Source: Clostridia bacterium
GTDB taxonomy: Bacteria > Bacillota > Clostridia > Christensenellales > UBA1242
Reading direction: 5' to 3'
Assembly: GCA_017619495.1 (NCBI GenBank)
Contig: JAFZSF010000024.1
Location: 33,740-97,739, forward strand
DNA length: 64,000 bases
Shown: piece by piece, positions 9,859-18,743 of the stretch
How the letters are laid out: each line of letters opens with the position of its first letter
Position numbering within the stretch: position 1 is the stretch's first letter
Position numbers and translations under genes: made by a program
The notes under the pieces: model-generated
What the model was told of the DNA's origin: nothing
Seen by the model: only the letters and a program-made list of their open reading frames with translations
Databases searched by the model: none

Positions 9859-10739
9859 AAGCGTTGTAACCCCCGATTATAGATACCGACGACCTCACCT
9901 GCATGTTCCCCAGTTCGTAAAACCACATAGCGTTCAAAAACGCCTTGTTCAATTAAGCTACCCAAATCAGGTTTAGCCCGCACTTCGCCTAAGTCTGCGG
10001 CATGAACACTGGCCATCACAACCACACCACTACGCACTGCGCGTTGTAACATTGCCGCATCTTCCGCCGTAGCAATTTCATCGGTAATGATTACATCGGG
10101 TCGTAAACTACGAATACCATTTTCAAAACCATAAGCTTTACTTCCCCCTGTAATGACATCACAATTAGAACCAACATCTAACTGTTTTTCTCCTTGGTAA
10201 CACGCCGCCAACTCGCCCCGCTCGTCCAGTAATAAAGTATTAAGTGACGGATATTTTTGACCAATTTGACGCGCTAAGTCGCGTAGTAATGTTGTCTTAC
10301 CCGCACCAGGAGGCGCAACCAATAAAGTCGAAATTGGGTGCTGTAAATCAAACAAGTACGGAATCACCGCACAGGCACAGTTTTTAATTTCGTGTGGAAT
10401 CCGCACACATAACGAACTAATGTTTTTTACGGCCACGACTTGTCCGCGTTCAGTTACCAATTCGCCTGCAATTCCGATGCGTACACCCCCACGAATCGTG
10501 ATAAAGCCTTTTACCATTTGGTCTAAAACTGCATAGATGGCGTACTCCGCCGCTTTATGAATAATATTAGCCAAATCTTCGGTAGTAATATCAACAGAAC
10601 GCAGCGGAATATTGCGCCCATCAACACAGGCGATTACCGGCGCATTCGCGCGTAAGCGTAACTCATAAATTTGTGATAAGGGTATCTGATGAAGGGCTTG
10701 TCGCACCTTATCCGGCAAAATAGCACGCAGGGTTTCCAT
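9855..10739 (-). CDS. spoIIIAA: stage III sporulation protein AA (ATPase)
   Basis: 294 aa; Walker A APPGAGKTTLLRDLAR; first gene of the 8-gene overlapping cluster. Confidence 0.9.
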   Translation of the reverse strand: METLRAILPDKVRQALHQIPLSQIYELRLRANAPVIACVDGRNIPLRSVDITTEDLANIIHKAAEYAIYAVLDQMVKGFITIRGGVRIGIAGELVTERGQVVAVKNISSLCVRIPHEIKNCACAVIPYLFDLQHPISTLLVAPPGAGKTTLLRDLARQIGQKYPSLNTLLLDERGELAACYQGEKQLDVGSNCDVITGGSKAYGFENGIRSLRPDVIITDEIATAEDAAMLQRAVRSGVVVMASVHAADLGEVRAKPDLGSLIEQGVFERYVVLRTGEHAGEVVGIYNRGLQRL

Positions 10740-10756
10740 ATCCCATGCATATGCGT

Positions 10757-11374
10757 TTAATCAGGAAATTCTACCCCAGTGTGAGCGGTAACAATTTTAA
10801 TGGCGGGTACCATGCGCATCACTTCACCTAATTCACGCGTAAAAACAATTTGCTTATCCTGTGGTAACGATACTTGCCACACCACGCAAGCTTGATAGGT
10901 AACCGTACTTAATCCACCATGTTTTTGCACTAACTGGTGAATGGCGTTTTGTTGGTCATAACTACTGTTAAAGCCTAAAACTACACAATCACGCACCACG
11001 ACCGGTTTAATTGCGGTCAATACTTGGCTGGCCGCTTGACCATAAGCGCGTGCCAAGCCACCAGTGCCTAATTTAATACCACCAAAATAGCGTTCAACCG
11101 CGACTGCAACATGCGATAACCCGGCACTTTCAATTGCTTGTAAAATGGGTAACCCGGCCGTGCCGGCGGGCTCGCCGTTGTCATTGGATTTCTGACCATC
11201 GGCAGTAAGATACGCATAACAATGATGTGTCGCATCGGGCAAAGCCACACTTTTCAAAAACGCTTGCGCCTCAGCTACCGTATTAACCCGCGCTGCAAAA
11301 GCAACAAAGCGCGATTTCTGCACGATTAAAGTTTGTTGCCACTGTCCCGCCGATAAAGTCCGAAAATCACTCAT
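10757..11374 (-). CDS. yigZ: YigZ/IMPACT family protein
   Basis: 205 aa; QKSRFVAFAARV..THHCYAYL matches the UPF0029 N-domain. Confidence 0.8.
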   Translation of the reverse strand: MSDFRTLSAGQWQQTLIVQKSRFVAFAARVNTVAEAQAFLKSVALPDATHHCYAYLTADGQKSNDNGEPAGTAGLPILQAIESAGLSHVAVAVERYFGGIKLGTGGLARAYGQAASQVLTAIKPVVVRDCVVLGFNSSYDQQNAIHQLVQKHGGLSTVTYQACVVWQVSLPQDKQIVFTRELGEVMRMVPAIKIVTAHTGVEFPD

Positions 11375-11462
11375 GTATCAACATTATACCCGCTGATTTC
11401 TATTTTGCGAATTAATTTTTACAGTAGGTTTTGGTACTAATCAATTTTCATCAACCTTGGAT

Positions 11463-11491
11463 AAAAAAAGTTGGTATTCTACCAACTTTTT
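11463..11491 (-). terminator. terminator downstream of tRNA-Ser(GGA)
   Basis: AAGTTGGT-attct-ACCAACTT flanked by an A-run and a T-run. Confidence 0.6.
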
Positions 11492-11495
11492 GCTT

Positions 11496-11583
11496 TGGCG
11501 GAAGAGACAGGATTTGAACCTGCGATGGCTTGCACCATACTCGCTTTCCAAGCGAGCGCACTCGACCACTATGCGACTCTTCC
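11496..11583 (-). tRNA. tRNA-Ser (anticodon GGA), long variable arm, encoded CCA
   Basis: Reverse complement GGAAGAG..CTCGC-TTGGAAA-GCGAG..long extra arm..GCAGG-TTCAAAT-CCTGT-CTCTTCC-G-CCA; 88 nt. Confidence 0.9.
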
Positions 11584-11593
11584 GAATACATGC

Positions 11594-11644
11594 AGTATAC
11601 GATGAGATTTTGTACTTGTAAATTATTTCTAAGTATTTTATAAT
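11594..11644. promoter_or_regulatory. back-to-back promoters of the two divergent tRNA-Ser genes, sharing one -35 hexamer
   Basis: Plus strand: TTGTAA(11616-11621)-17-TATAAT(11639-11644). Minus strand: TTACAA (same 6 bp)-16-TATACT(11599-11594). Confidence 0.55.
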
Positions 11645-11653
11645 GGTTTGTTT

Positions 11654-11741
11654 GGAAGGATGGCAGAGTGGTCTAATGCACCTGTCTTGAAAACAGGCGA
11701 CCTGCGAGGGTCCGGGAGTTCGAATCTCTCTCCTTCCGCCA
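11654..11741 (+). tRNA. tRNA-Ser (anticodon UGA), long variable arm, encoded CCA
   Basis: GGAAGGA..CCTGT-CTTGAAA-ACAGG..extra arm..GGGAG-TTCGAAT-CTCTC-TCCTTCC-G-CCA; 88 nt. Confidence 0.9.
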
Positions 11742-11746
11742 CAGCA

Positions 11747-12772
11747 ATGGGACAAAACGAACATTATTATATTGGGAAACGAAACTTACAGAGCGAACAT
11801 CATTGGGAACCACTAGATAGTGAAACTTTTCATATTACTAAACCCACTGTAATTTGTTTAGGTGGGAACGGTTCAATTAAGCCACATAATGCTAATTTTA
11901 TTTGTAAGGTTGCCCAAAGTTTAGTTGGTATTAAAGAACCACGCTGGGCAAACGAAATTGCTACAACCCAAGATGTTGACTTTATTGGCATTGCTTATGG
12001 TAACAATTACGAAGATGACAACAGCACTGGCTCTTTAACTCAATCCGAAATTACCACATTAACCAAGAGTATTTTTGAGCCACTCTATCGCGATGAAAAA
12101 GGTCAAATTCGCCCCGATGCGCAAATCATACGCAACTTTAATCAAATTACCTTCTTTGCGCATTGTCACGGTGCACGCGAAGCCGGTAATTTAATTTCCC
12201 GCGCTATGTGCAATATGCTAGATTCTGGTATTGCCCATAAAACAGCAGAAGCCGCTATCGGTCAACTCTTTGCGGTTAGCTATGCCCCAATTGTCACGAT
12301 TCCTTGCCCTAATTTGCAAGTAATTACCGAAAAAGACGGTTTTCTCTTGGGTGGCCCATTATTAGCACCAATTTCTAATAAATTTTTAGATGAACGCTTT
12401 GAGAAAGAAAATCGAGGTAAAGGAACCGTTGTTTTCCAGGAAGACGACTACACTATTAGTTTAATCGTTTCTAACATGACACAGCATGGTGAAGTTGAAC
12501 ACCCTGTGGGAACAATACAACGCGATAATCATTGGCAAATGGTTGAAAAAGATTTTGCTTATGGTGATGAAGTTTCCCGAGCAATGGGTGTAGCATTATC
12601 ATATTCAATTGTAAACAGTTTAAAAAATCAAAAAAGCGACAATTGGACACCGCGTCCACCACTGAAATTGATCTTACAAAAGGTTCAATCAATTTTAGGC
12701 AACTCCCAAAATAGTGATTTTGCACACCGCATTGAACAAATTCAAAACGAACAAAACGGATTAATAAAATAA
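11747..12772 (+). CDS. hypothetical protein, alpha/beta-hydrolase-like with Cys in the nucleophile-elbow position (inferred)
   Basis: The ORF-track start at 11648 lies inside the tRNA. The first ATG (11747) is 5 nt after the tRNA CCA. Strand-like VICLGGNGS, and FFAHCHGA resembling the lipase elbow AHSMG with Cys in place of Ser. No family recognised. Confidence 0.5.
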   Translation: MGQNEHYYIGKRNLQSEHHWEPLDSETFHITKPTVICLGGNGSIKPHNANFICKVAQSLVGIKEPRWANEIATTQDVDFIGIAYGNNYEDDNSTGSLTQSEITTLTKSIFEPLYRDEKGQIRPDAQIIRNFNQITFFAHCHGAREAGNLISRAMCNMLDSGIAHKTAEAAIGQLFAVSYAPIVTIPCPNLQVITEKDGFLLGGPLLAPISNKFLDERFEKENRGKGTVVFQEDDYTISLIVSNMTQHGEVEHPVGTIQRDNHWQMVEKDFAYGDEVSRAMGVALSYSIVNSLKNQKSDNWTPRPPLKLILQKVQSILGNSQNSDFAHRIEQIQNEQNGLIK

Positions 12773-12858
12773 ATATTTTACAGTTATAAAGGTTTTAAGT
12801 TACACTGCAACAGGTAAGTGCTTAAAATAATTATGATTAAAAGGATTAATCGATATAG

Positions 12859-13734
12859 ATGAAATCAATTGTTGTTGTTACGGATTCTAGTTCTGGCATT
12901 ACCCCTGATGAAGCCAAGGCAGCCGGTGTGGTGGTAGTACCAATTCCCTTTACCATTGACGGGGAAGAATATTTAGAAAATGTTACCATTGAAGCGCCCC
13001 GCTTTTTTGAGTTACTGGGGAAAGCTAATCATGTAAGCACTTCCCAACCATCGCGCCAAACATTGGAAGATATTTGGACTCCACTGTTGCAAACCTACAA
13101 ACACATTATTTATTTACCCATTACCAGCGGTTTAAGTGGTTCATGCATGAACGCGATTGAATATGCCAAGTCATTTAATGGTCGCGTACATGTAGTTGAT
13201 AACCAACGCATTTCGGCACCGTTAAAGATTAGCGTTTACGAAGCCGCCCAAATGGCAAACCAAGGTAAAACAGTCGATGAAATTATTCAATACCTAACCA
13301 ACACACAAAGTAAGTCTTCCATTTACATTACCCTTAACACCATGAAATATTTACGCAAAGGTGGCCGTGTGACACCAGCAGCGGCATTACTGGGTGACAT
13401 GTTAAAGTTAAAACCGATTCTTTATACGCGTGGTCAAAATTTTGACAAAAAAGCCATTGCACTGACTATGCAACAATCCAAAAAGAAAATGATAGAGTTT
13501 ATCAAACACGACTTAAACACTGAATTCAAGGATTATTACAACCAAGGTAAAATGGCATTGTTAATCGCCCACACCGCCATTCCAGATGCTGAAATTGCCA
13601 AATTCAAAACTGAAATTGCCGCCGAATTTCCTAACATGAAAATTTTATACAGTGACCCACTCTGTCTGGCAATTGCCTGTCACACCGGCCCTGGTACACT
13701 TGGCTTTGGTACTTGCGTTTGCGATTATTTATAA
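12859..13734 (+). CDS. DegV family fatty-acid-binding protein
   Basis: 291 aa; N-terminus IVVVTDSSSGITPDEA and overall DegV pattern. Confidence 0.9.
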   Translation: MKSIVVVTDSSSGITPDEAKAAGVVVVPIPFTIDGEEYLENVTIEAPRFFELLGKANHVSTSQPSRQTLEDIWTPLLQTYKHIIYLPITSGLSGSCMNAIEYAKSFNGRVHVVDNQRISAPLKISVYEAAQMANQGKTVDEIIQYLTNTQSKSSIYITLNTMKYLRKGGRVTPAAALLGDMLKLKPILYTRGQNFDKKAIALTMQQSKKKMIEFIKHDLNTEFKDYYNQGKMALLIAHTAIPDAEIAKFKTEIAAEFPNMKILYSDPLCLAIACHTGPGTLGFGTCVCDYL

Positions 13735-13738
13735 TTGG

Positions 13739-14185
13739 TTATATGGTCATTTCGGGAGTTTGTTGTTGCGATAAAAATTGGCGAACAAACTCCACAACCA
13801 TTTGCGGATCAACAAATTCTTCGGTTAAAAATTTACCATCAAGTAATTTACCGCTTTCTTGGAATGTTAAACGGAAACAACGCAATATGGTACGATTGTC
13901 TTCCATTTCCGGTTCATTAATTGTGGCATTTTTACCAATCTTCGGTAAGTGATTACGAATACTTTCAAATAATTGACGACCAACATTTTTAGGTGCTGGT
14001 TCAGTACTGGGGGTTGTGGTAGCAGCATAATTCAACTGGGGGGCATCACCCACGGTAATCACATGATGTTGGCTAGGATTAATCGCTTGATCAAAAATAA
14101 TTACCTGACTGCCTCCACCGATTGAACCTAAATTAAATGATTGTCCGATTAAACTCGCCGGCTGTTGATCATATGTAGTTTGCAT
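13739..14185 (-). CDS. hypothetical protein (148 aa)
   Basis: TAATG stop/start overlap with the upstream ORF. No TM; no family recognised. Confidence 0.5.
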   Translation of the reverse strand: MQTTYDQQPASLIGQSFNLGSIGGGSQVIIFDQAINPSQHHVITVGDAPQLNYAATTTPSTEPAPKNVGRQLFESIRNHLPKIGKNATINEPEMEDNRTILRCFRLTFQESGKLLDGKFLTEEFVDPQMVVEFVRQFLSQQQTPEMTI

Positions 14186-15123
14186 TACATGGTCCTCCCC
14201 TCGTCCATAGATGATTGTTGTGATGCTACTCTTTGGCGTTCACTACCGATTTCGACAATACGGTACATTGCTGCCACAGTAATTTCGTATAAAACTTGGT
14301 GGTTAATTGCTTCTGGCTTCTGATTTTGTTTTTTCACTGAATCTTTTACAAAATTAAACAGATCGGACACATGATTGCGTAAATCAATCGCATCAAACTT
14401 AGCTCTGGCATCATTTAAGATTTTATCAACATTAACCTGACTGTTCTTTTCAAACTCCAAAATATCCCATGTAATCATACCGTTTTTGCTTTGAATGGCA
14501 TTAGGGGCTTCATGCACTCGTTGTGTAGCAACGGTTGTATTTTTTTGTGTAACAATTTTATCCAACTCTTTAATGAGATTCAAATCTAAAAACTTAAATT
14601 GGGACAAAACAGGGTTACTGGGATCTTGATATTTTTCGGTATAGCAATAATCGTTTAAATAATTCCAGTCCATACCTTTACTAGTACCCTTCAAAATTAC
14701 TTGTGCATGGTCTTGCAAAATTTTTGGTGTATAGTCGTTTACGCGTTCATGTGGTAATTCATGATCACTTAAACCGAAAATCATGTCCTGTAAAGCGTAC
14801 AAGCATAACGATTTTTCTTCCACAGTTAAATCGACACCGTCAGCCATGCGGAGTATGGATTCAATTTGTGATTGTAAAGCCGTCTCAACCGCACCCAAAT
14901 CATAGGCTGTTTTAGCACGATCTAATAATTCCAAAGCATGATCATAATCGTCGAAATCCACAGTTTTATGGTTCTGCATAAAAAGACCACCATTAACGAT
15001 TGTCCTTTTCTTGGCTGCTAGTTCAATCAATAATTCGGTTTTTCGGCGTGCCGATAAATGCACATTATTGATCTGATTAACCCAATCACTATTATTGCGT
15101 GACTGGTTAATGGCCTCCGTCAT
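14185..15123 (-). CDS. hypothetical protein (312 aa, helical)
   Basis: Start set at the ATG at 15123, preceded by GGAG. No TM; no family recognised. Confidence 0.5.
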   Translation of the reverse strand: MTEAINQSRNNSDWVNQINNVHLSARRKTELLIELAAKKRTIVNGGLFMQNHKTVDFDDYDHALELLDRAKTAYDLGAVETALQSQIESILRMADGVDLTVEEKSLCLYALQDMIFGLSDHELPHERVNDYTPKILQDHAQVILKGTSKGMDWNYLNDYCYTEKYQDPSNPVLSQFKFLDLNLIKELDKIVTQKNTTVATQRVHEAPNAIQSKNGMITWDILEFEKNSQVNVDKILNDARAKFDAIDLRNHVSDLFNFVKDSVKKQNQKPEAINHQVLYEITVAAMYRIVEIGSERQRVASQQSSMDEGRTM

Positions 15124-15190
15124 ATCTCTCCCCATGTGCACAGCATATCACGATACCCGTAAACTCGCAAATATTTTACCAATCTTGCAA

Positions 15191-16453
15191 TTACGGTTTC
15201 AATCGCGTGGGGCCACGGAAGATAAAACAACTTTCCTTAACGGTAGGTAAATCCAACATACGCGCCATCAAACGCGCTAAGCCAATCGCAAAGCCACCAT
15301 GCGTTGGCGCCCCATAACGGAAAAACTCCAAATATTCCTGCATATGTTCTGGATTAATTCCTTTGTCGATGATGTTTTGCTTTAATTGTTCATAACGATG
15401 TTCGCGTTGTGCGCCGCTGGTAATTTCTACACCCTTATAAATCAAATCAAACGAACGGTCGCCCATGGTATAAAACGCGCGTGCCGCATGCGGATAGTCA
15501 GTAATAAAGACGAAATCCGATTGATATTTTTCTTTAACATATTCGCCGATTAAGCGTTCGCCATCGGGATCAATATCCCCTAAGGCGGCCTTCGGCATTG
15601 CATAGCGTTTTTCTTCGCGCAAAATGCGATAAACTTCGTTCAAAGTCAAATGCGGAAATTTAGCCGTAACCGCGGGAACTAAATCGCCAAACTGGGTATG
15701 CAATTGGTTCAAGACCGCGGTCAATAAAGCTTCTTCAAGATCCATAACATCATGATGACTTTCAATATGGGAAATTTCCACATCTAAAGCAGTAAATTCA
15801 GTCGCGTGTCGGGAAGTAAAACTACTTTCGGCGCGGTAACATTCGCCAATTTCAAAAGTACGGTCAAAGCCAGCCATCATACTCATTTGTTTATACAGTT
15901 GCGGGCTTTGGGTCAAGTAGGCCGGATTGCCGAAATAATTTTTGATTTCAAAAACTTCACTACCGCCCTCACTGGAAATAGCTGTAATCTTGGGTGTATG
16001 AATTTTAATAAAACCGTGGTCAGTCAACCAATCGACCAAATAACGCTCCAAAGCAGTTTGCACTTGGAAAGTTTGCGTTTTTTGTGGGTCACGCAAATCC
16101 AGCCAACGATAATCCAAACGCAAATCTAAACCACTTTCTTTATCAATCGGCAACACTGCTTCCGCCACACTGTCAACCGTTACCGTGTCGGGAATAATTT
16201 CCAAGCCACCTAATTTTACATAATCGTTCTTTACAGCTAAACCGGTTACGGTTAACACACTTTCCACCGTAACCCCATCAATGATTTTCGCAATTTCCGG
16301 CAACTTAGCTTTTTCGACGGTAATTTGCACTTTACCGCTGATATCGCGTAATACGATAAACTGCATGGCACTTTTGTTACGCAAGTTTTCAACAAAGCCG
16401 GCAATTTTAACTTTTTCGCCCGCCTGAATGTTTTTGATTAAAGTTCGTTCCAT
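15191..16453 (-). CDS. aspS: aspartate--tRNA ligase, short archaeal/type-2 form
   Basis: 420 aa; N-terminal OB fold, class II motifs, C-terminal GGFAIGLARLMARML. Confidence 0.85.
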   Translation of the reverse strand: MERTLIKNIQAGEKVKIAGFVENLRNKSAMQFIVLRDISGKVQITVEKAKLPEIAKIIDGVTVESVLTVTGLAVKNDYVKLGGLEIIPDTVTVDSVAEAVLPIDKESGLDLRLDYRWLDLRDPQKTQTFQVQTALERYLVDWLTDHGFIKIHTPKITAISSEGGSEVFEIKNYFGNPAYLTQSPQLYKQMSMMAGFDRTFEIGECYRAESSFTSRHATEFTALDVEISHIESHHDVMDLEEALLTAVLNQLHTQFGDLVPAVTAKFPHLTLNEVYRILREEKRYAMPKAALGDIDPDGERLIGEYVKEKYQSDFVFITDYPHAARAFYTMGDRSFDLIYKGVEITSGAQREHRYEQLKQNIIDKGINPEHMQEYLEFFRYGAPTHGGFAIGLARLMARMLDLPTVKESCFIFRGPTRLKP

Positions 16454-16466
16454 TCGTTAGTTCTCC

Positions 16467-17828
16467 TTATTTCAACTCGCCCACGGCACGCGGGTGTAAT
16501 TGGGTATCACGAATATTACTGATACCAGTTAAATACATTAACATACGCTCTAAGCCTAACCCAAAACCACTGTGCGGGACACTACCAAAGCGACGCAAAT
16601 CTAGGTAATTGGCATAGTTATCTAAATTCATATTACGATCCTGCATGACGGCTACCAATTTATCGTAATCGGCTTCGCGTTCACTGCAACCAATAATTTC
16701 GCCGACCCCCGGTACTAATAAGTCCGTAGCAGCGACCGTTTTACCGTCCGCATTTTGCTTCATATAGAAAGCTTTCACAGCACGGGGATAATTAACGACA
16801 AAAACGGGTTTCTTAAAATACTCATCGGTTAAATAGCGTTCGTGTTCAGTTTGCAAATCAATGCCCCATGACACAGGATACTTAAAGGCCTTGCCTGATT
16901 TTTGTAAAATCTCAACGGCCTCAGTATAATCAACTTGGGCAAAAGCATTGTCCGCCACATTACGCAATTTTTCAACCAAACCTTTTTCATAGAAGTTATC
17001 AAAGAAAGCCATTTCGTCTGGACATTTGGCGAGTACTTCACGGATAATCGATTTAATCATATCGCGTGCCACATCAATGATACCGCTAAGATCGGTGAAT
17101 GCTGCTTCGGCTTCAATCATCCAGAATTCAGCCGCATGACGCGTCGTATTGGAATTTTCCGCACGGAAAGTTGGACCAAAAGTATAAACACGCCCCAATG
17201 CCATCGCAGCTTCTTCAGCTTCCAATTGTCCAGATACGGTTAAACTGGCGGGCGCACCGAAGAAATCACCGGCAAAATCTGGCGCCACTACTTGAAAGGA
17301 TTCCCCAGCCCCTTCGGCATCGCCACCAGTAATTAACGGTGTATGGACATAGAAGTAACCATGGTCTTGAAAGAAATGGTGAATCGCCATCGACAAGGCG
17401 TTACGCACACGGAACATCGCCATAAAAGTATTGGTACGCATACGCAAATGAGGAATGGTACGCAAAAATTCCAAACTAGTTTTTTTCTTTTGAATTGGAT
17501 AATCCGTGGCGCAGTCGCCAATAATGTCAATTTTTTCCGCATTGATTTCCGCATCATCGGCATTATGATAAGCCGAAACCACCATACCACTAACGACTAA
17601 GGCTACCCCCAAGTGCATAGCGGCTGTCAAAGTAGTGTTACTAATTTTATTATGCTCTTCTTTTTGAATCACGATTTGCAACGGCTTAAAAGTACTACCA
17701 TCGTTTAATTCCAAAAATGATGTAGTTTTAGATTCACGGTAATTTTTAACCCAACCGGTAACTTGCACCATTTTGCCGATGTAAGAATCCTTCTTACTTT
17801 TCAGCATCTCGATTGTGATTTGTTCCAT
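16467..17828 (-). CDS. asnS: asparagine--tRNA ligase
   Basis: Class IIb; ..PHSGFGLGLERMLMYLTGISNIRD. Start set at MEQITIEMLKS because the upstream TTG of the ORF track is the promoter -35. Confidence 0.9.
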   Translation of the reverse strand: MEQITIEMLKSKKDSYIGKMVQVTGWVKNYRESKTTSFLELNDGSTFKPLQIVIQKEEHNKISNTTLTAAMHLGVALVVSGMVVSAYHNADDAEINAEKIDIIGDCATDYPIQKKKTSLEFLRTIPHLRMRTNTFMAMFRVRNALSMAIHHFFQDHGYFYVHTPLITGGDAEGAGESFQVVAPDFAGDFFGAPASLTVSGQLEAEEAAMALGRVYTFGPTFRAENSNTTRHAAEFWMIEAEAAFTDLSGIIDVARDMIKSIIREVLAKCPDEMAFFDNFYEKGLVEKLRNVADNAFAQVDYTEAVEILQKSGKAFKYPVSWGIDLQTEHERYLTDEYFKKPVFVVNYPRAVKAFYMKQNADGKTVAATDLLVPGVGEIIGCSEREADYDKLVAVMQDRNMNLDNYANYLDLRRFGSVPHSGFGLGLERMLMYLTGISNIRDTQLHPRAVGELK

Positions 17829-17835
17829 AACACCT

Positions 17836-17886
17836 ATTGTAAACGATAATTTACAATTTGACAAACCCCAATCTATCGTATATTAT
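17836..17886. promoter_or_regulatory. back-to-back promoters for asnS (minus) and tRNA-Asn (plus) with overlapping -35 hexamers
   Basis: Minus strand: TTGTCA(17864-17859)-17-TACAAT(17841-17836)-7 nt-ATG. Plus strand: TTGACA(17858-17863)-17-TATTAT(17881-17886). Confidence 0.55.
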
Positions 17887-17904
17887 AGTGATGTTGGTTT
17901 TGAT

Positions 17905-17979
17905 GCTCTGGTAGCTCAGCGGCAGAGCAATCGGCTGTTAACCGATCGGTCGTAGGTTCGAACCCTACCCAGAGCGCCA
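17905..17979 (+). tRNA. tRNA-Asn (anticodon GUU), encoded CCA
   Basis: GCTCTGG-TA-GCTC..ATCGG-CTGTTAA-CCGAT-CGGTC-GTAGG-TTCGAAC-CCTAC-CCAGAGC-G-CCA. Confidence 0.9.
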
Positions 17980-17984
17980 ACAAA

Positions 17985-18013
17985 AAAGTGTCGCAATTAT
18001 GCGGCACTTTTTT
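17985..18013. terminator. bidirectional terminator
   Basis: AAAGTGTCGC-aattat-GCGGCACTTTTTT (one G-U pair), with an A-run on the other side. Confidence 0.6.
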
Positions 18014-18033
18014 ATGTAATTACACTATATAAA

Positions 18034-18597
18034 TTATTTCTTAGCACGCGGTTTACGCGCGGGCTTACTGGATGGTTTGGGTGCATCTTCGTCGTCACAA
18101 TCATCATCACATTCATCGTCGTCATCATCAAAATCCATTTCGGCCTTCAATTCATCGTCGTCATCTAGGTCGTCCAACGGATCTAAATCATCAGCGCTGT
18201 CGTCATCATCTAAGGTGTCATCATCGGTAATACCCGCTACATTCAATAATTCCAAATCGTCGTCATCGACCGGCGTTAAATCATCGTCGTCGCTGGTATC
18301 GTCGTTCAAATTTTCTTCGTCATCATCGTCATTGTCTAGATGTTTGTCCCCATACATTTCCGAGATTTCTTCATCGCTCAAATCGGTTTCGGCATAACAA
18401 GTAGAACAGACAGTTTCATCTTCGGTGATATAGTTGACTTTACAAATTGGGCACAACCCTAACTCTGCGACTTTCCCCGCGTCCAATAAATTATTGGCGA
18501 TGGATTTCATTTTTTGTTTGCAGCTAGCGCAAATTTTTTCCCGTTTCGTGCAATAGTTCAAATCGCACTTTGGACATTTGATATATGTTTCTCCCAT
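18034..18597 (-). CDS. double zinc-ribbon protein with an extremely acidic poly-Asp C-terminal half
   Basis: Two ribbons: CPKCD..CASCK and CPICK..CSTCY. These are followed by ~110 aa dominated by D/E and then a basic tail PKPSSKPARKPRAKK. Start set at MGETYIK because the first ATG lies in the promoter spacer. Confidence 0.6.
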   Translation of the reverse strand: MGETYIKCPKCDLNYCTKREKICASCKQKMKSIANNLLDAGKVAELGLCPICKVNYITEDETVCSTCYAETDLSDEEISEMYGDKHLDNDDDDEENLNDDTSDDDDLTPVDDDDLELLNVAGITDDDTLDDDDSADDLDPLDDLDDDDELKAEMDFDDDDDECDDDCDDEDAPKPSSKPARKPRAKK

Positions 18598-18608
18598 AAT
18601 CGTACATA

Positions 18609-18637
18609 TATATATTCCCATTTAGCTATAATGTCAA
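18609..18637 (-). promoter_or_regulatory. sigA-type promoter of the zinc-ribbon/acidic gene
   Basis: Minus strand TTGACA-17-TATATA, then 11 nt to the ATG at 18597. Confidence 0.5.
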
Positions 18638-18743
18638 CAACTATTCAGTAATCCAATGTATAAAAATGTATAACTGGTTTAGTTGCGTAATTCGTGTTTA
18701 TTCGACAAAATAATACTCAATCCGTCGTAAATCGACGAGAAAA

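Noticed and set aside
11441-11764. 107-aa minus ORF, and the first 33 codons of the 11648..12772 ORF
   Set aside because: Both run through the two tRNA-Ser genes, so they are artefacts of open frames across structured RNA genes.
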